From: Patescibacteria group bacterium
GTDB lineage: Bacteria > Patescibacteriota > Patescibacteriia > JAQUQO01
Length of the DNA: 64,000 bases
NCBI GenBank assembly: GCA_028716045.1
Contig: JAQUQO010000001.1
Location: 452,096 to 516,095 of the forward strand
Reading direction: 5' to 3'
Program-made: the position numbers and the translations under genes
Part shown: piece after piece, positions 18,510 to 27,601 of the stretch
Numbering within the stretch: the stretch's first letter is position 1
Layout: each line of letters opens with the position of its first letter
The notes under the pieces: generated by a model
Seen by the model: the letters and a program-made list of their open reading frames with translations, nothing else
Databases searched by the model: none
What the model was told of the DNA's origin: nothing

Positions 18510-19730
18510 TTATTCAAATCTCAACGCTTGGATGGGGTTTAGCCCCGCCGCCCGCCGCGCCGGATAGTAGCCGAAAATAATGCCGATGGCCGCCGACACG
18601 CCAAAAGCCAAAATAATTGAAAGTGAAGATACTTCGGTGGTAGTGCCAAACTTGGAAATTATAAAAGAAGCCAGCCAGCCGATAAAAATTCCAACCAACC
18701 CGCCGATGAAAGTAAGCATCACCGCTTCAGCCAAAAATTGCCGGCCAATATCTTTCTTTTTGGCTCCAATCGCTTTGCGCAAACCGATTTCGCGCGTTCT
18801 TTCAGTGACAGTGGTTAGCATCATATTCATAATGCCGATACCGCCGACCACCAGAGAAATGCCGGCGATTGACCCGAGTAAAATCGTTAAAGTATTGGTA
18901 ATGGAAGAAGCGCTGGAAATTATATCTGATTGGTTCATGGTGGAAAAATCAGCGCTCTGCGCGTCGGCAATGTTATGACGAAGCAATAACAACGAGGTAA
19001 TTTCTTCCTGCGTCACTGACATGGAACTTTGGTCAACGGCTTCCACGTTGATAGTGGTGAGATATTCATTGCCCGCCAAAAACCGTTGGGCCGTGGACAG
19101 AGGAATAAAAATCCGGTCGTCCTGGTTGGAAAATCCCGTACCGCCCTTGGAAACCGTCAGGCCGATAACCTTAAACTCCGCGCCCTTAATACGAATCGTC
19201 TGCCCGACAGGATTGACATCTTCGCCAAACAGGTCGTCTCTGACTGTCGGACCCAAAACGGCCACTTTGGAAGTGTTACTCACGTTTTGGTCGGAAATAA
19301 AAACACCCTCTCCGACTTCCAGATTCTTGACGGCGGGATAAGCCGCGGTGGTGCCGATAACCTGCGTATTGGTATTTGAGCCTTTGGCTGTCACTTGATA
19401 ACGACCCGCCACCTCCGACGCAACGGCCTGCACGGTGTTAATCTCATCGGCAATCGCTTCGGCATCGGCCAGCGTTAACGATTGCGCCGCCCCCCACCCT
19501 GACCTGACTTGAGAACCAACTGTCCTTTGCATGCCCGGAGTCACCATAATTAAATTGGAACCCAGCGCCTGGATGCTGGATTCAATAGTGCCGGTCGCTC
19601 CCTGCCCCACGGAAATCATTGCTATTACCGAACCGATACCAATGACAATACCTAAAATCGTGAGTCCGGAACGGGCTTTATTCATGAGCAAGGCCGAAAA
19701 TGTTTCTTTAAATAGATCCGCTGAAAGCAT
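18510..19730 (-). CDS. ABC transporter permease, MacB/FtsX family
   Basis: 406 aa. N-terminal TM, large periplasmic domain, and three C-terminal TM helices with an FtsX-like signature (AIGAKKKDIGRQFLAEA...). Confidence 0.85.
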   Translation of the reverse strand: MLSADLFKETFSALLMNKARSGLTILGIVIGIGSVIAMISVGQGATGTIESSIQALGSNLIMVTPGMQRTVGSQVRSGWGAAQSLTLADAEAIADEINTVQAVASEVAGRYQVTAKGSNTNTQVIGTTAAYPAVKNLEVGEGVFISDQNVSNTSKVAVLGPTVRDDLFGEDVNPVGQTIRIKGAEFKVIGLTVSKGGTGFSNQDDRIFIPLSTAQRFLAGNEYLTTINVEAVDQSSMSVTQEEITSLLLLRHNIADAQSADFSTMNQSDIISSASSITNTLTILLGSIAGISLVVGGIGIMNMMLTTVTERTREIGLRKAIGAKKKDIGRQFLAEAVMLTFIGGLVGIFIGWLASFIISKFGTTTEVSSLSIILAFGVSAAIGIIFGYYPARRAAGLNPIQALRFE

Positions 19731-19738
19731 AAAATTTT

Positions 19739-20455
19739 CTATTCTTTGATTTGCTGGGTTATTTTGTCTTTGGTCCAGGAACTGACGCTATCATCAACAA
19801 TTTCTCCGTCTTTAATGGCGATTACTCTTCGGGCATGTTCGGCTATATACTTTTCATGAGTGATAAGAATAATGGTGCGGCCCTGTTTGTTTAAATCCTG
19901 AAAGGTCTCCAAAACAATCTCGCCGGTTTTGCTGTCTAGATTACCAGTAGGTTCGTCGGCAAATATAATCTTGGGATTATTAATAAGCGCGCGCGCAATC
20001 GCCACTCTCTGCATTTGCCCGCCGGAAAGCTGATTGGAGAGATGGTAAAAATGCGACTCGTCAAGTCCGGCGTTCTTAAGCGCCTCCTTGGCTTTTTTTT
20101 CTCTCTCCTCCAGCGGCACTTCCATATAGATTAACGGCAAAATTACGTTTTTAAGAACCGTGGCTCGCGGCAAAAGATTAAATGACTGAAAAACGAAACC
20201 GATTTTGTTTTTTCTGATATCCGCCAGCTCGTCATCGGATAATTTTGACACGTCCTGGCCGTCTAAAAAATATTCGCCGCTTGTCGGCGTATCCAAACAG
20301 CCCAAGATATGCATCAGGGTTGACTTGCCCGAACCGGACGGCCCGACAATGGCCGTAAATTCGCCATCCTGAATCGTCAGAGAAACCTCTTTAAGCACTG
20401 TCGTTTCCAATTCTCCGGCTTTATATATTTTTGTGATATTTTTACATTCAATCAT
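19739..20455 (-). CDS. ABC transporter ATP-binding protein (MacB/LolD-type)
   Basis: 238 aa. Walker [13 protein letters not shown] signature [15 protein letters not shown] and Walker [13 protein letters not shown]. Confidence 0.9.
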   Translation of the reverse strand: MIECKNITKIYKAGELETTVLKEVSLTIQDGEFTAIVGPSGSGKSTLMHILGCLDTPTSGEYFLDGQDVSKLSDDELADIRKNKIGFVFQSFNLLPRATVLKNVILPLIYMEVPLEEREKKAKEALKNAGLDESHFYHLSNQLSGGQMQRVAIARALINNPKIIFADEPTGNLDSKTGEIVLETFQDLNKQGRTIILITHEKYIAEHARRVIAIKDGEIVDDSVSSWTKDKITQQIKE

Positions 20456-20465
20456 ATAGTTCGAA

Positions 20466-22241
20466 TTATCTCATGCCCGGCCCGCCGCCGGATATGCCAA
20501 AAACGGAAGCGTTCGTTTTATTCCCGCCGGAAGAAGTTGTTGACGTTGAATTTTTTTGAATAGTTCTGACGATGATGATATCGCCCTCGGACAGGCCGCT
20601 TAAAACTTCGGTATATTCATCATTGGAAATTCCCGCTTCTATCTGCCGGCGCTCCGGAGAATTCTTTAAAATAATTCCGCCGGAAACGGCCGCGGCCGTG
20701 ACGTCGGTTTCCGCCGCGCCGGGCGCCTCCACATAACTTACGTCGTTCTGCTGTTTGACCGCCGCGTTAGGCACGGACAAAGTATCCAGCTTGACCTCCG
20801 TAACGATGGAGGCGGAAACGCTCATGCCGGGCTTAACCCGTTCGTCCTGCGTATCAAAAACTATTTTAACGTTATAAGTCACCACACCTTGGCTGACCGT
20901 GCCGATGGCGTCAATTTCCGCCACCTCTCCGGCAATACTCAACTCTTCTACGGCGTCAAAAGTGAGTGTCGCTTTCTGGCCGGTTTTCACTTTGGCGGCA
21001 TCCACTTCATTCAAAGAAATTTCGGCGATTTTCTGCTTGGTAATCAGCGTTCCCAAAACGGTTGCGGAAGAAACCGTGTCGCCCTTTTTGGCATCCACCG
21101 CTACCATCACGCCGTCAAAAGGAGCGCGCACGTAATAATCCGCGTATTTTTCCTTGGCATCCAACAACGCGTTCTCTTTCTGCTTGATGGTTAATTCCGA
21201 TGATTTAATATCAAGTTCGTCAGCTCCGGCTTTGAGGTCGGCCAGCGAGCCGGTTTTTTCGGCAATGGTTCTGTCGGCGTTAATAATAGTTTCTTTATCA
21301 GTTTGTATCGTCCGTTCTATGGCCAGAAGATTGGAAAGATGGTTATTCGTCTGCCCCGTATAAGTGTTTAAATCTGATAAATAAGTGGTGGCCAGCGTTT
21401 CGGGCGTAAAATTATGTTCAATCAGCTGGTCGGCATAAAATTGGATGAGATTATTGGCGTCCTTGACGGCTTCCGCGATATTCTTGGTGGTTTCGTAAGT
21501 TTCATCAATCAATGATTCAATCACGTCGTCAGTTGAAAATCGGCTGGTGGCTTTGTAATCATTAAAATTTTCATCGTAAGCCGTCCGGGCGGTTTCATAC
21601 GATTCTTTGGCGCTGTTTTTGTAGATTAAAACCTTGCCGTCATAACCCTCCACTCTGTCGGAAAAATAATCTAAATTATCCTGATTCTTGTTAAAAGTGT
21701 TGCCGAATAAAATATCGTTGAGACCGGACATCACTGTTGGCAAATCCAGAAAAACATTGGCGACATCGTTGAAACCGTCCTCATACGCTTTGACAAGGTC
21801 ATCATCCGCTTTTTGTTTGGATTCTTTGGCTTGAGCTAAAGAATTTTCGGCCTGAAGAATTGACAGTTCGTCCGCCGGCTTCTTTAATTTTTCCAATGAC
21901 AACTTCGCCGATTCCAGCGCGGATTCGGCGTCGCGAACCGATTTTTGCGCTTCCTTGGAATCTAACTGTCCGATCAGCGTGCCAGTTTTCACTTCCTCGC
22001 CCGTTTTCACTCCGACATAAACAAGGTCGCCGGAGATTTTCGGCGTAATGTCTATTTGATTGGATGCCGAGATTTGTCCGCTACCGAAAACGGAAGTGAT
22101 AAGCGTTCCCTTGGTCACGGCTGCCAAAACATAGCGGACTTCGGCCGTGTCGCCCCAGTACGCTTTATATCCGAAATAACCGCCGACCGCGGCCAGCGCG
22201 ACAATCAGGACGATGATAATTTTTCGCTTGGCTAAAAACAT
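20466..22241 (-). CDS. HlyD/MacA-family periplasmic adaptor (membrane fusion protein) with long coiled-coil
   Basis: 591 aa. N-terminal TM, biotinyl/lipoyl-like and beta-barrel segments flanking an extended coiled-coil. Operon position upstream of the ABC ATPase and permease. Confidence 0.7.
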   Translation of the reverse strand: MFLAKRKIIIVLIVALAAVGGYFGYKAYWGDTAEVRYVLAAVTKGTLITSVFGSGQISASNQIDITPKISGDLVYVGVKTGEEVKTGTLIGQLDSKEAQKSVRDAESALESAKLSLEKLKKPADELSILQAENSLAQAKESKQKADDDLVKAYEDGFNDVANVFLDLPTVMSGLNDILFGNTFNKNQDNLDYFSDRVEGYDGKVLIYKNSAKESYETARTAYDENFNDYKATSRFSTDDVIESLIDETYETTKNIAEAVKDANNLIQFYADQLIEHNFTPETLATTYLSDLNTYTGQTNNHLSNLLAIERTIQTDKETIINADRTIAEKTGSLADLKAGADELDIKSSELTIKQKENALLDAKEKYADYYVRAPFDGVMVAVDAKKGDTVSSATVLGTLITKQKIAEISLNEVDAAKVKTGQKATLTFDAVEELSIAGEVAEIDAIGTVSQGVVTYNVKIVFDTQDERVKPGMSVSASIVTEVKLDTLSVPNAAVKQQNDVSYVEAPGAAETDVTAAAVSGGIILKNSPERRQIEAGISNDEYTEVLSGLSEGDIIIVRTIQKNSTSTTSSGGNKTNASVFGISGGGPGMR

Positions 22242-22268
22242 AAAAAATTTCTGCGTTATTGAAAATAA

Positions 22269-22778
22269 TTATTTCTTATTGGGAAAAATATCCAACGGGC
22301 GTTCCGCCGGCGGCGTGGGCATAATTCTGATGAGCTTGGCCGCTATCTGCCCGGTGTCATTCGGCTCGCCGATGGCCACCAAAAAATCATTAATTTTAAG
22401 TTCGGCCGGCTGGATGGTTTCCTTTAAACTTTTTATCACCGTCTCACCGTTAATTAAAATTATTTTTTCAACGTCTCCGCGCCCCTTGATGACCAGCGTG
22501 GCTATTCGCTCCGGCTCTGTCCCCGCGTCAATTTTTATAATTTGCCCGAAGGTGCCATTGGCTTCGATAAAATCCTTGTCGCTCCAACCCATGCCAAACC
22601 CGCCCCGCGGGCCGCCGAAATTCTGGTGATAATTATCGCTCCAGCGGCAGAAAAAATCCGCTTTTCTGAAACCCACCATGGTGCCGGCTTTAAAAGCGGC
22701 CAGCAGAATTAACAGCGCCAGAATCGCGAAAAAAGAATACTGAAATGCCTTGGATTGGAAAAATTTATTGATATCCAT
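22269..22778 (-). CDS. Small membrane-anchored protein, Gly-rich linker + DUF5666-like C-terminal domain; paralog of 18042-18479
   Basis: 169 aa. TM helix, GGPRGGFGMGW linker, then ...IATLVIKGRGDVEKIILINGETV...NDFLVAIGEPNDTGQIAAKLIRIMP, alignable to the 145-aa protein. Confidence 0.55.
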   Translation of the reverse strand: MDINKFFQSKAFQYSFFAILALLILLAAFKAGTMVGFRKADFFCRWSDNYHQNFGGPRGGFGMGWSDKDFIEANGTFGQIIKIDAGTEPERIATLVIKGRGDVEKIILINGETVIKSLKETIQPAELKINDFLVAIGEPNDTGQIAAKLIRIMPTPPAERPLDIFPNKK

Positions 22779-22784
22779 AAAAAT

Positions 22785-23204
22785 TTAATTATGAATTAAT
22801 TGTTTTAAGACAAAAATGAATTTTAAATTTTTTACCGACAATTTGAGCAACTCCAAAAAAACCAACACTACCGCCAATAGTAAAATCAAGCTCATCGCCG
22901 GCAGAGTTTCCAAAAGGGACAAGGCAAAGTTCTGCCAATAAGCGGCGACAATGCCGGTATCGGAAATAATCAAGGATAAAAATTTTATAAACCCCGATTC
23001 CGCAAACCCCGCGTAAACCATTTTAAAAACCGGGACCAAAGCCACTATTGACCCCAAAAGGCCAACGGAGAAAAGGGCTAAGCGGCGTTTGACGGCCGCT
23101 AATTTACGCTCCTCCTCAAGGCGGAGCAGCGTTCTTTGGAAAAGCCCGGCCGGCGGTTCCGGAGACGGGAGGCGGGTGAATAATTTTTCGTAATTTTCGT
23201 TCAT
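22785..23204 (-). CDS. Putative membrane anti-sigma factor
   Basis: 139 aa. Short cytoplasmic N-terminus plus 3 TM helices. Immediately downstream of, and co-oriented with, the ECF sigma factor gene. Confidence 0.45.
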   Translation of the reverse strand: MNENYEKLFTRLPSPEPPAGLFQRTLLRLEEERKLAAVKRRLALFSVGLLGSIVALVPVFKMVYAGFAESGFIKFLSLIISDTGIVAAYWQNFALSLLETLPAMSLILLLAVVLVFLELLKLSVKNLKFIFVLKQLIHN

Positions 23205-23280
23205 AAAATCTGGGTTATTATTAATACGAATTAAAAACGCCTTTTGGTGCGTTTCTTAAAAATGGTCTGTTTTTATAGAG

Positions 23281-23850
23281 TTATTCAACGGTTTCCGTAA
23301 GAATTTTTTTGAGCGCCAACAACGCGCGGCGCTGGCGGCTTTTGACCGTGTTTAAGGGCTCGCCGAGTACGGCAGCGATTTCACGAAAGTTAAAACCATC
23401 TTTGTAATACAAAAATAAAACCGCACGATATTTGGCCGGCAGCTTGTCCATGGCGCGGGCTAGCATCTGCTCTATATCCGCCCGTTCTAAAATTTCATCG
23501 GGCAAAGGAGCGGGGTCAACCAGTGTGTCTAAAATAGAGTTGCTATCGGCTTCGTCAGAGAGTTCGGAAAACAGCAGGGCTTTTTTCTTTTTTAAAAAAT
23601 CTATGGCCGTATTTTTGGCAATGCTGAAAATCCAGGTTTTAAAACTTTTCCGTTGGTCAAATTTTTTAATATGTTTCCACGCTTTGACAAAAACATCCTG
23701 GGTAATGTCTTCCGCGTCCGAAGCAGTGCCGGCGTAATAATAAACAAAGCCGTAAATCGGCTTTAGATATCGCTGAATTAAAACTTCCAGCGATTTCTCA
23801 TCGCCCTTGAGATACTGGCTGACAAGTTTTTCGTCGCTAATTTCCAGCAT
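23281..23850 (-). CDS. ECF-type RNA polymerase sigma-70 factor
   Basis: 189 aa. Region 2 DITQDVFVKAWKHIKKFD...FKTWIFSIAKNTAIDFLKKKK and region 4 FREIAAVLGEPLNTVKSRQRRALLALKKIL. Confidence 0.85.
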   Translation of the reverse strand: MLEISDEKLVSQYLKGDEKSLEVLIQRYLKPIYGFVYYYAGTASDAEDITQDVFVKAWKHIKKFDQRKSFKTWIFSIAKNTAIDFLKKKKALLFSELSDEADSNSILDTLVDPAPLPDEILERADIEQMLARAMDKLPAKYRAVLFLYYKDGFNFREIAAVLGEPLNTVKSRQRRALLALKKILTETVE

Positions 23851-23875
23851 ACCCAGTAGTATAGCATATTATACC

Positions 23876-23912
23876 AAAAATCGTCCTGAGTTTATCGAGG
23901 GACGATTTTTTG
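23876..23912. terminator. Bidirectional terminator hairpin (AATCGTCC...GGACGATT + T6) between the cupin gene and the ECF sigma promoter
   Basis: 8-bp stem, 13-nt loop, T6 on both strands. TATAAT and TATACT boxes follow on the minus strand before the ECF sigma ATG. Confidence 0.5.
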
Positions 23913-23933
23913 AAATGGAAAATTAAATTATTA

Positions 23934-24335
23934 CTATTCTGTGGTCTGACCGTCAAACTCGGGCGAACTGGCCACGGCCTCTTCTTTGGTGGCGCGAACC
24001 ACACCATCTTGATGATGCGCCGGGGAATAAATGGTGTAAAGTTTTAACGGCGCGGTAGCGGAAACATTAATGATGTTATGTTCGGCGCCGGCGGGGATAA
24101 CCACCGCGTCGCCATCCGTGACGTCATATTCATTGCCGTCAATCATTACCTTGCCCTGACCGGATTCAAAACGAAAAAACTGGTCATTGTCGGAATGGAT
24201 TTCCATGCCAATCTCTTCGTTGGGGGCAAGAGACATTAAAACCAATTGGCTGTGCGGGCCGGTATAAAGCACCCGGCGGAAATTTTCATTGGCCACGGTT
24301 AATTTCTCAATGTTGTCTTTGAAACCTTTTTTCAT
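23934..24335 (-). CDS. Cupin-domain protein
   Basis: 133 aa. ...IGMEIHSDNDQFFRFESGQGKVMIDGNEYDVTDGDAVVIPAGAEHNI... matches cupin conserved motifs 1 and 2. Confidence 0.7.
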   Translation of the reverse strand: MKKGFKDNIEKLTVANENFRRVLYTGPHSQLVLMSLAPNEEIGMEIHSDNDQFFRFESGQGKVMIDGNEYDVTDGDAVVIPAGAEHNIINVSATAPLKLYTIYSPAHHQDGVVRATKEEAVASSPEFDGQTTE

Positions 24336-24402
24336 AAGCGTGTTGTTAATTGGTTAATTTTTGTTATTTAAAAAACACTCATAGGGTTTGCTTTTGCAAA
24401 AT

Positions 24403-24828
24403 TTATTTTTGCTTTAACGAAGAATCCAAAAAAACAATCTTCCTTAAAATACGTTTGGGATTCCGCTTTATCTCGTGCTCCCAAAATCTCAACACTTTCC
24501 ACTCGTCTCGGATAAGTTGTTTCTTGACCTTTTTGTCTCTTTCCTGATTAGCGGCAATTTTTGTTTTCCAAAACTTTGCATTGGTCTGCGGATAAGTCCG
24601 ACATTTGGGGCAACCGTGCCAAAAACAGCCGTCAACAAAAACTGCTACTTTATTTTTTGGAAAGATAAAATCCGGAGTTCCAAAAATATGTCGGCCTCGA
24701 CGACGCCAACCCCTAATTTTATTTGCACGAAAAAGCGTTATCAGGGCGAGTTCGGTACTTTTATTGTTCCGGCCCCTGATAGCTGCCATATTTTTTGATC
24801 TTTGTGCTTTCGTGTGAACATCTACCAT
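24403..24828 (-). CDS. vsr: Very-short-patch repair endonuclease Vsr
   Basis: 141 aa. KAQRSKNMAAIRGRNNKSTEL...DGCFWHGCP... is the diagnostic Vsr signature. Sits at the tail of a C5-MTase operon. Confidence 0.9.
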   Translation of the reverse strand: MVDVHTKAQRSKNMAAIRGRNNKSTELALITLFRANKIRGWRRRGRHIFGTPDFIFPKNKVAVFVDGCFWHGCPKCRTYPQTNAKFWKTKIAANQERDKKVKKQLIRDEWKVLRFWEHEIKRNPKRILRKIVFLDSSLKQK

Positions 24829-24830
24829 TT

Positions 24831-24995
24831 TTACCCGGTTGATTTTCTACCTTTGCGCGAACATTCTGCCGAGCAAAACCTGCTAGTTGTCTGATAACCA
24901 TTTTTGCGCGGATGATAAGCTATTCCGCAAACATCACATATTTTAGTTATGCTCAAATCACGAACTTCCTTTGCTGTTTTCTTTTTAGCGGTCAT
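24831..24995 (-). CDS. Small (54 aa) Zn-ribbon-like ORF between the restriction endonuclease and vsr (not in ORF track)
   Basis: MTAKKKTAKEVRDLSITKICDVCGIAYHPRKNGYQTTSRFCSAECSRKGRKSTG. It has a CxxC...CxxxC arrangement and exactly fills the gap between the two genes. Read by manual translation. Confidence 0.3.
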   Translation of the reverse strand: MTAKKKTAKEVRDLSITKICDVCGIAYHPRKNGYQTTSRFCSAECSRKGRKSTG

Positions 24996-24997
24996 AA

Positions 24998-25993
24998 CTA
25001 TCTTTTGAAAATATTATCTCTGTGGTAATTAAGATATAAACACCTTTTGTCACTGGGCGGAATATTATATTTTCTTCCTTTTGCGAGATGAAGTTTTTTA
25101 AGGTTCAGGGGTGATATGTATGGCGAGAGAAGAATTGTTCCATCGTCTTCAAACGAAATAAATCCCTGATCAAACAACCGATCATATGTTGGTGTAAGTG
25201 CGAGTCCGTTATTATGGTCTATTTTCTCCGTCTCACTTGATACGCTCCATGGTTTTATGTGGCTTGCAATTAAAATCCTTTCATCGTTAACTCTCGTTAT
25301 TATACATTCTGACGATTCTTCCATCAATTTTTGTCGGTAAGCGCCTTGTCCGATTCTTGCATCTCTTAATTGTTCCTTTTTCTCCTCTGTCAATTTTGGG
25401 TCTTGCTCAATGGCTTTTTCAACTTCCTCAACCTTAGCGGGATGATAGTAAGGGTTAAAATTATAGCTTAATGCCGGTCTAAAAAAGAATTTTATATTTC
25501 CTTTGGCATCTTTTAATTTTAAAATTGAGATATAAGAAATAATCGGAAGCGCGATATTTCTGAAAAAATCAAAAACATTGTCATCTGATTTAATGTAAAA
25601 CCGTGATCTATCTTGCGGTACGGCATGGCTTATACTGAACTCTTCGTAATCAGAAAGCTCTTGTAATTTTTGGTGATATTCTTCCCATTTGCCGGAAATA
25701 TCCTGCCTATATTTTTGTTCCTGTTGTTCGTACTCAAATTTGGCGTCTCCTAAATAATCCTCAAAATCTTTTTTCAGAAAAAATCCTTTTCCACTAAAGT
25801 CGCCAAAAAAATCACCGAAATCTTTTTTCTTCTGAGCACCGACATACAATTTTGCCTCTCCGTGTCCTGTTGTACCTTGGAGTTTATTGCTTTTAACAAA
25901 AGAATCAGCCAGCGGAATATTATCCACTTCATCGAGCAATTCAAGCTGTTCTCCCTTAATTTCTATGTAGTTTTCTTCGTTATTATTTGGCAT
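24998..25993 (-). CDS. Type II restriction endonuclease, HNH family (HNH_2-like C-terminal nuclease domain)
   Basis: 331 aa. C-terminal ...GQGAYRQKLMEESSECIITR...ASHIKPWSVSS...DHNNGLALTPTYDRLFDQGFISF matches the HNH nuclease of type II REases. Contiguous with the MTase. Confidence 0.65.
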   Translation of the reverse strand: MPNNNEENYIEIKGEQLELLDEVDNIPLADSFVKSNKLQGTTGHGEAKLYVGAQKKKDFGDFFGDFSGKGFFLKKDFEDYLGDAKFEYEQQEQKYRQDISGKWEEYHQKLQELSDYEEFSISHAVPQDRSRFYIKSDDNVFDFFRNIALPIISYISILKLKDAKGNIKFFFRPALSYNFNPYYHPAKVEEVEKAIEQDPKLTEEKKEQLRDARIGQGAYRQKLMEESSECIITRVNDERILIASHIKPWSVSSETEKIDHNNGLALTPTYDRLFDQGFISFEDDGTILLSPYISPLNLKKLHLAKGRKYNIPPSDKRCLYLNYHRDNIFKR

Positions 25994-25994
25994 A

Positions 25995-27083
25995 TTACAA
26001 ATTTATTTTTGTTGAGCTAACACCCATATTCTGTAAAATAGCCATGAGTACATTAACGACAATGCTGTTGCCCGCCTGTTTATACATTTGAGTATCACTT
26101 ACAACTATGTTGAAACTATCATCAAAACCCATTAACCGCAAACATTCGCGCGGAGATAATTTTCTTATTCTTCCGCTACGCGTAATATAGTTATCCACTC
26201 CGGCACGATGCATTTTTGCCATTGTCGCAAGCAACGGGCGGGCAACAGCAAGGTCAGTCTCGGGTTTACTGTAAAAATTTTTTGTTCCGCTTGCCAAAAC
26301 ATATTTAGCAACTTTATCCGAAAGAAAATATTTTTCATCTACTCGCCCTGCCGGTTCAAAAACAAAATCTCCGTGCCAATTGAATTGCTGATTTGCTTTT
26401 TGGCAAAGCGCAACCTGTCCGTTAATTTGGGTATATTTCTTGTCTAGATTTTTCTGACTGGTTACAAATTTTATTCCTTTTTCAGGAAGATAATATTTAT
26501 TCTCCGCTGTATCATCAAGTAAATCATGCATTGTGATTTTTAATTCAACGGGATCAGGAAACTTAAATTTTTTTTTGTTTCTGAAACCGACAACAAAAAG
26601 ACGCTCACGGTTTTGTGGTATTCCATAATCTTTTGCGTTTAATACCTTCGGAAAATAGCTATAGCCAAGTTTCTTAAATGTATTTTGTATAACTTCCCAT
26701 GTTTTACCGCTATCATGACTTAATAATCCTTTCACATTTTCAAAAATAAACGCCTTCGGTTTTATTTCATTAACAAGACGGGCAAATTCATAAAATAATG
26801 TTCCGCGAGCGTCTTTGAATCCTCGTCTTTTTCCAACCATTGAAAATGACTGACATGGCGTTCCGCCGACAAGCAGATCAACTTTACCCTTGAATTTTTT
26901 GCCGTCTATGTTTTGAACAAGATCAAACCAACACGAATCGTCAACATCATAGTTGGCAAAAAAACTTTCTTTTACATGCGGATCATTGTCGCAGGCAAAA
27001 ACCAGCTTATGCTTAACCCGCATACGCTTTAACGCATGTTCTATTGCTCCTATTCCGCTAAATGCTGTTGCTAATTTCAACAT
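25995..27083 (-). CDS. dcm: DNA (cytosine-5)-methyltransferase (Dcm-type)
   Basis: 362 aa. Motif I LATAFSGIGAIEHAL, motif IV GGTPCQSFSMVGKRRG, motif VI ENVKGL and the C-terminal QAGNSIVVNV motif. Confidence 0.9.
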   Translation of the reverse strand: MLKLATAFSGIGAIEHALKRMRVKHKLVFACDNDPHVKESFFANYDVDDSCWFDLVQNIDGKKFKGKVDLLVGGTPCQSFSMVGKRRGFKDARGTLFYEFARLVNEIKPKAFIFENVKGLLSHDSGKTWEVIQNTFKKLGYSYFPKVLNAKDYGIPQNRERLFVVGFRNKKKFKFPDPVELKITMHDLLDDTAENKYYLPEKGIKFVTSQKNLDKKYTQINGQVALCQKANQQFNWHGDFVFEPAGRVDEKYFLSDKVAKYVLASGTKNFYSKPETDLAVARPLLATMAKMHRAGVDNYITRSGRIRKLSPRECLRLMGFDDSFNIVVSDTQMYKQAGNSIVVNVLMAILQNMGVSSTKINL

Positions 27084-27342
27084 ATACTTATCTCTTAATT
27101 ATATTATATCAGCTACAGAAAATTCTTGCCAGACCTCTGCTATTTTATTGATTCTGCCATGTGTCTTGGCGGGGGGCAAAAAATGGAGGGGATCAAGGGG
27201 GGAATTTTTGCCCGCGAGCAGTGCCGGGTCAATCTTCGCTTCTTGGATTTACGGATTAAATTAGGCAAAACAATTTCAAAAGCTTGTTGGGGTTTTAATT
27301 TAGGAGCCAATAAGAAAAAATCCCTTTCGGGATTTTTTTATA

Positions 27343-27483
27343 CTAAATAAAATTATATAGCTTAAAATAATTCCCGGCGTTTAGTAATTTGCTTCGCCGG
27401 CGGGATACGCCACTCCCGATGAAAATTAAGGAAATAAAAGCGACAGTGATTGTTAAAATCATATAAAGTGGCAATTTATCCAT
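27343..27483 (-). pseudogene. Diverged ~140-nt duplicate of the 3' half of the membrane-protein gene at 29168-29575; encodes only a 46-aa hydrophobic fragment
   Basis: About 75% nt identity to 29250-29385 on by-eye alignment. Fragment MDKLPLYMILTITVAFISLIFIGSG... versus the parent ...[23 protein letters not shown].... Followed by a terminator hairpin at 27313-27338. Confidence 0.4.
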
Positions 27484-27523
27484 TGACTTATGAAATCAAA
27501 ATACCGGCAAAAAACAGAAAATA

Positions 27524-27558
27524 AAAAAGCCTCCGTTTGATGCTATCTCCGGGAGGCA
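27524..27558 (-). terminator. Rho-independent terminator downstream of the 336-aa gene
   Basis: Minus-strand GCCTCC...GGAGGC stem followed by TTTTTT. Confidence 0.5.
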
Positions 27559-27601
27559 AAATTCTTAGACAATCTTGCGACAGACCTATTTCGCGAGCTT
27601 T

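Noticed and set aside
27126-27350. 74-aa + strand ORF in the MTase upstream region
   Set aside because: Gly-rich translation of a G-tract palindrome. No SD. The region is better explained as promoter/operator DNA for the RM operon.
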